From NCBI RefSeq assembly GCF_036365525.1, contig NC_090409.1, forward strand, positions 31,444,437 to 31,508,436: 64,000 nt of DNA. The letters are read 5' to 3'. How positions within the stretch are numbered: position 1 is the first letter of the stretch; every line of letters starts with the position of its first letter. The notes beneath the pieces were generated by a model. It worked only from the letters and a program-made list of their open reading frames with translations, was not told where the DNA came from and made no database searches. Positions 61,766 to 64,000 of the stretch are shown in pieces. The position numbers and the translations under genes were made by a program. This stretch comes from Heterodontus francisci (lineage: Eukaryota).

Positions 61766-62344
61766 TGAAATTGCGTTTTGAAAGTTCCTGTTGAATCTGC
61801 TTCCAGTGATTGATATAAATTGGATGAGTGAATGCAGGAACAGGGATTAAAGGGATAAGCGGACAGGGAGGGTCATTGTCAATGGAACGATTTGCTCCTG
61901 TGGGAAGGTTAAATGCCAACACGTGCTGGATGGGCCGAGTGGCATGCTTCTGTGTCGTATCAAATCCGTGCGTGAGTATTCCTCTGGATTTCCAATGTCT
62001 TGGAGTGGTCTGTTACCCATAGGGACACAAAGCACTGCAGGTATGGCCATTCGGCCCATCCGGTCAGTGCCGGCCCCCCCCCTTCGCTTGCAGGAGTCTC
62101 ATCCACACACACACCCCACAGTAACCAGGCACTGAGTCACAAAGAGAATCACATGAAGTTCCCTCGTGTCGGCCATTCCTGCTCCCGCTTGGAGCACGAG
62201 AGACATTTACCCTCCCCTCCCCCTCCTCCACTCCCCGTCCCCACCTCTCCCCTCCCCCACTACCTCTCCCCCACTATCGCTCTTTCTGAAGCTCCGCCCT
62301 CTCGGCGCACCTTCTAAACGGTCATTGCCGGCAGGGAGGGGGCC

Positions 62345-62752
62345 TTTCATTCTTTCATGTAGTGTGAGATCCGCTGGCAAGGTCAGCATTTGTTGCCCTT
62401 GACAATTTGCTGGAATTTGTTGCCCTTGACAACTTACTGGGCCGTTTCAGAGGGCAGTTAAGTGTCATCTCCATTGCTCTGGCTCTGTAGCTACACGTCG
62501 GCCAGACCAGGTAATGATGGCAGATTTCCTTTTCTGAAGGGAATCAATGAACCAAGTGGGTTTTTCCAAAAATCACTGATAGTTTCACAGCACCATTATA
62601 CAGACTAGCTTTCAATTGCAGACTTCTATTAAATAATTGAATTTAAATTCCAGCATCTGCCATGGTAGGATTTGAACCCCAGTCACCAGGCCATTGGGCT
62701 GGGCCTCTGGATTACTAGCCCAGTGATATTATCACGACGCGACTGCCTCCCC
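62345..62752 (-). mobile_element. tRNA-headed SINE, short form of the 22968-23563 element
   Basis: Head ggggaggcagtcgcgtcgtg...ggttcaaatcc, the same body, then directly the last ~60 bp of the LINE tail. Confidence 0.75.
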
Positions 62753-63219
62753 AATGGACGTGTACAGTGTCTGCCCCCGAATATCACCCACAGTAATTTC
62801 AAGACTGTAACACTGAATGTGGTCCCAAATCAGAGACTCAAAATTCACATTTTAACTGGGAAAGCAGAAACAGAGTGAAACAGAATTGCTTTTGTCCCTG
62901 GATTCAGTGTCCACTGCAAACAGATCAGTTACATTTACAATAGAAACACCAGGAGTGAACAAGGTCAATACAATGATATGCAAAATATACATGACGCCAA
63001 AAATAATTGTAGCATCCATCCAGAATGAGTACAGATTTCAGGTTTATTCCCGAGAGAGGTCTTACTTCGGAAATGTCATTGACATCAAAATGATTGTGTT
63101 TTATCCACCACATTATTTACATCAGAGTCAAAGATGATGATGTAATCTGTTTGTTCAGGTGAGTGTAACTAATAGTAATGGTCAGGGGTATAACCATGTC
63201 AGTGGAGACTTATCCCCTG

Positions 63220-63225
63220 TATAAA
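63220..63225 (+). promoter_or_regulatory. TATA box ~90 bp upstream of the GPR139-like ATG
   Basis: TATAAA. A TATATTAAA lies at a similar distance before the ATG of the 16.7 kb paralog. Confidence 0.4.
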
Positions 63226-63310
63226 TCAGGACCCATTGGAATGGATCAGCTCAGAGTGCCTGCTGGAGCTGTGGATTCCAGGCTAACAAAAGTCTCTGCT
63301 TCTGAGAAAA

Positions 63311-63380
63311 ATGGTATATCCAGTAATACATCAGGTAGAACGCATTTACTATCCTGTACTTGCAGCAATTGGAGTTCCTG
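63311..63380 (+). CDS. GPR139/GPR142-like GPCR: first coding exon (gene continues beyond the window)
   Basis: gaaaaATG MVYPVIHQVERIYYPVLAAIGVP-G|gtaagc. 70 nt and phase 1, the same length and phase as exon 1 at 16757-16688, with the shared YYxVLAxIGxP motif. Confidence 0.85.
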
Positions 63381-64000
63381 GTAAGCCAGTATCTCAGCTG
63401 TTAATGGTGTAAATCAGTGTTAACTGTGCTGCTGTACTCGGTATTATTTCTCACTGTGTGTCTTACACAGCCACCTGTTCTTTTCCAGCAATTTACCGAT
63501 GGAATCTCCTCATTGTCTACACTTTCAGTCTTGCAGCAGTTGTCTGATGTCTTGAGTGGTATTGTTTTAAGTAACACTGGTATTGTTGCTGATTTATTCT
63601 CTGTATTGAATGTATTTGAATGTGATGTCTCAGTCAGAATCAAGAATCCCGCCATCAGGAGATTTTAACAGTTTCATGATTGTGGATCCAACCGGTCCTG
63701 GAATATTTTTATGGATTTTTTTTCAGTGATTGATAATGAGACATCTCAAAATCTCAGTGTTACAAGGGGACAGCACAATGTCCTCCCTTCCCAATAACAT
63801 GTCTCAGTTTAACTGGAATTTCAATGTATTTATTGGTTATCACTGTTATCAAATATTATTTCATTCTGTGTGTGTCTAATGCTGCTTCACAGGTCTGGCT
63901 ACTGAACTGAGTTTGCTACTGAGAATTTAACATCTCCTTCTCTGCTTCACTGTGGAGCCTTCACTCTCACTGGACTACATTGTAAAATAGAAAGTATTGA

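Noticed and set aside
56169-61781. Long ORFs (160-324 aa) rich in Leu/Ser/Pro or Arg/Glu/Gly
   Set aside because: They are translations of CT/GA and C/G low-complexity tracts that lack stop codons by composition.

Overview
This is eukaryotic, repeat-rich genomic DNA, almost certainly from a shark or other elasmobranch (HE1-type V-SINEs, Deu-type SINEs, CR1, Penelope, expanded GPR139-like genes). Most entries in the ORF track are spurious or transposon-derived. Exons assembled by hand give the following. (1) The 3' part of a + strand nectin/PVR-like Ig receptor (464-4942): its tail has two ITIM/ITSM-shaped motifs lacking tyrosine, and a downstream segment (7264-7506) encodes a hydrophobic stretch plus an intact ITIM. 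(2) A - strand Siglec/MAG-like receptor (39366 to ~32648; signal-V-C2-C2-TM-tail) that lacks the sialic-acid-binding Arg and Trp and contains a frameshifted extra Ig exon. (3) A decayed tandem paralog of that gene (~41-48.5 kb) interrupted by CR1 and Harbinger. (4) A GPR139-like pseudogene (15.1-16.8 kb) and the first coding exon of a second GPR139-like gene (63311-63380). (5) An orphan transmembrane-coding stretch with a TCR-beta-like charged motif (~50.7 kb). Mobile DNA includes Tx1, RTE, CR1, Penelope, Harbinger, SINEs, and a LINE family that shares its 5' leader with tRNA-headed short elements. The region 56-62 kb is CT-rich low complexity next to an assembly gap. The most interesting signal is an Ig-receptor cluster whose ligand-binding and tyrosine-signalling residues appear eroded or moved into alternative exons. 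All gene models are sequence-only predictions.
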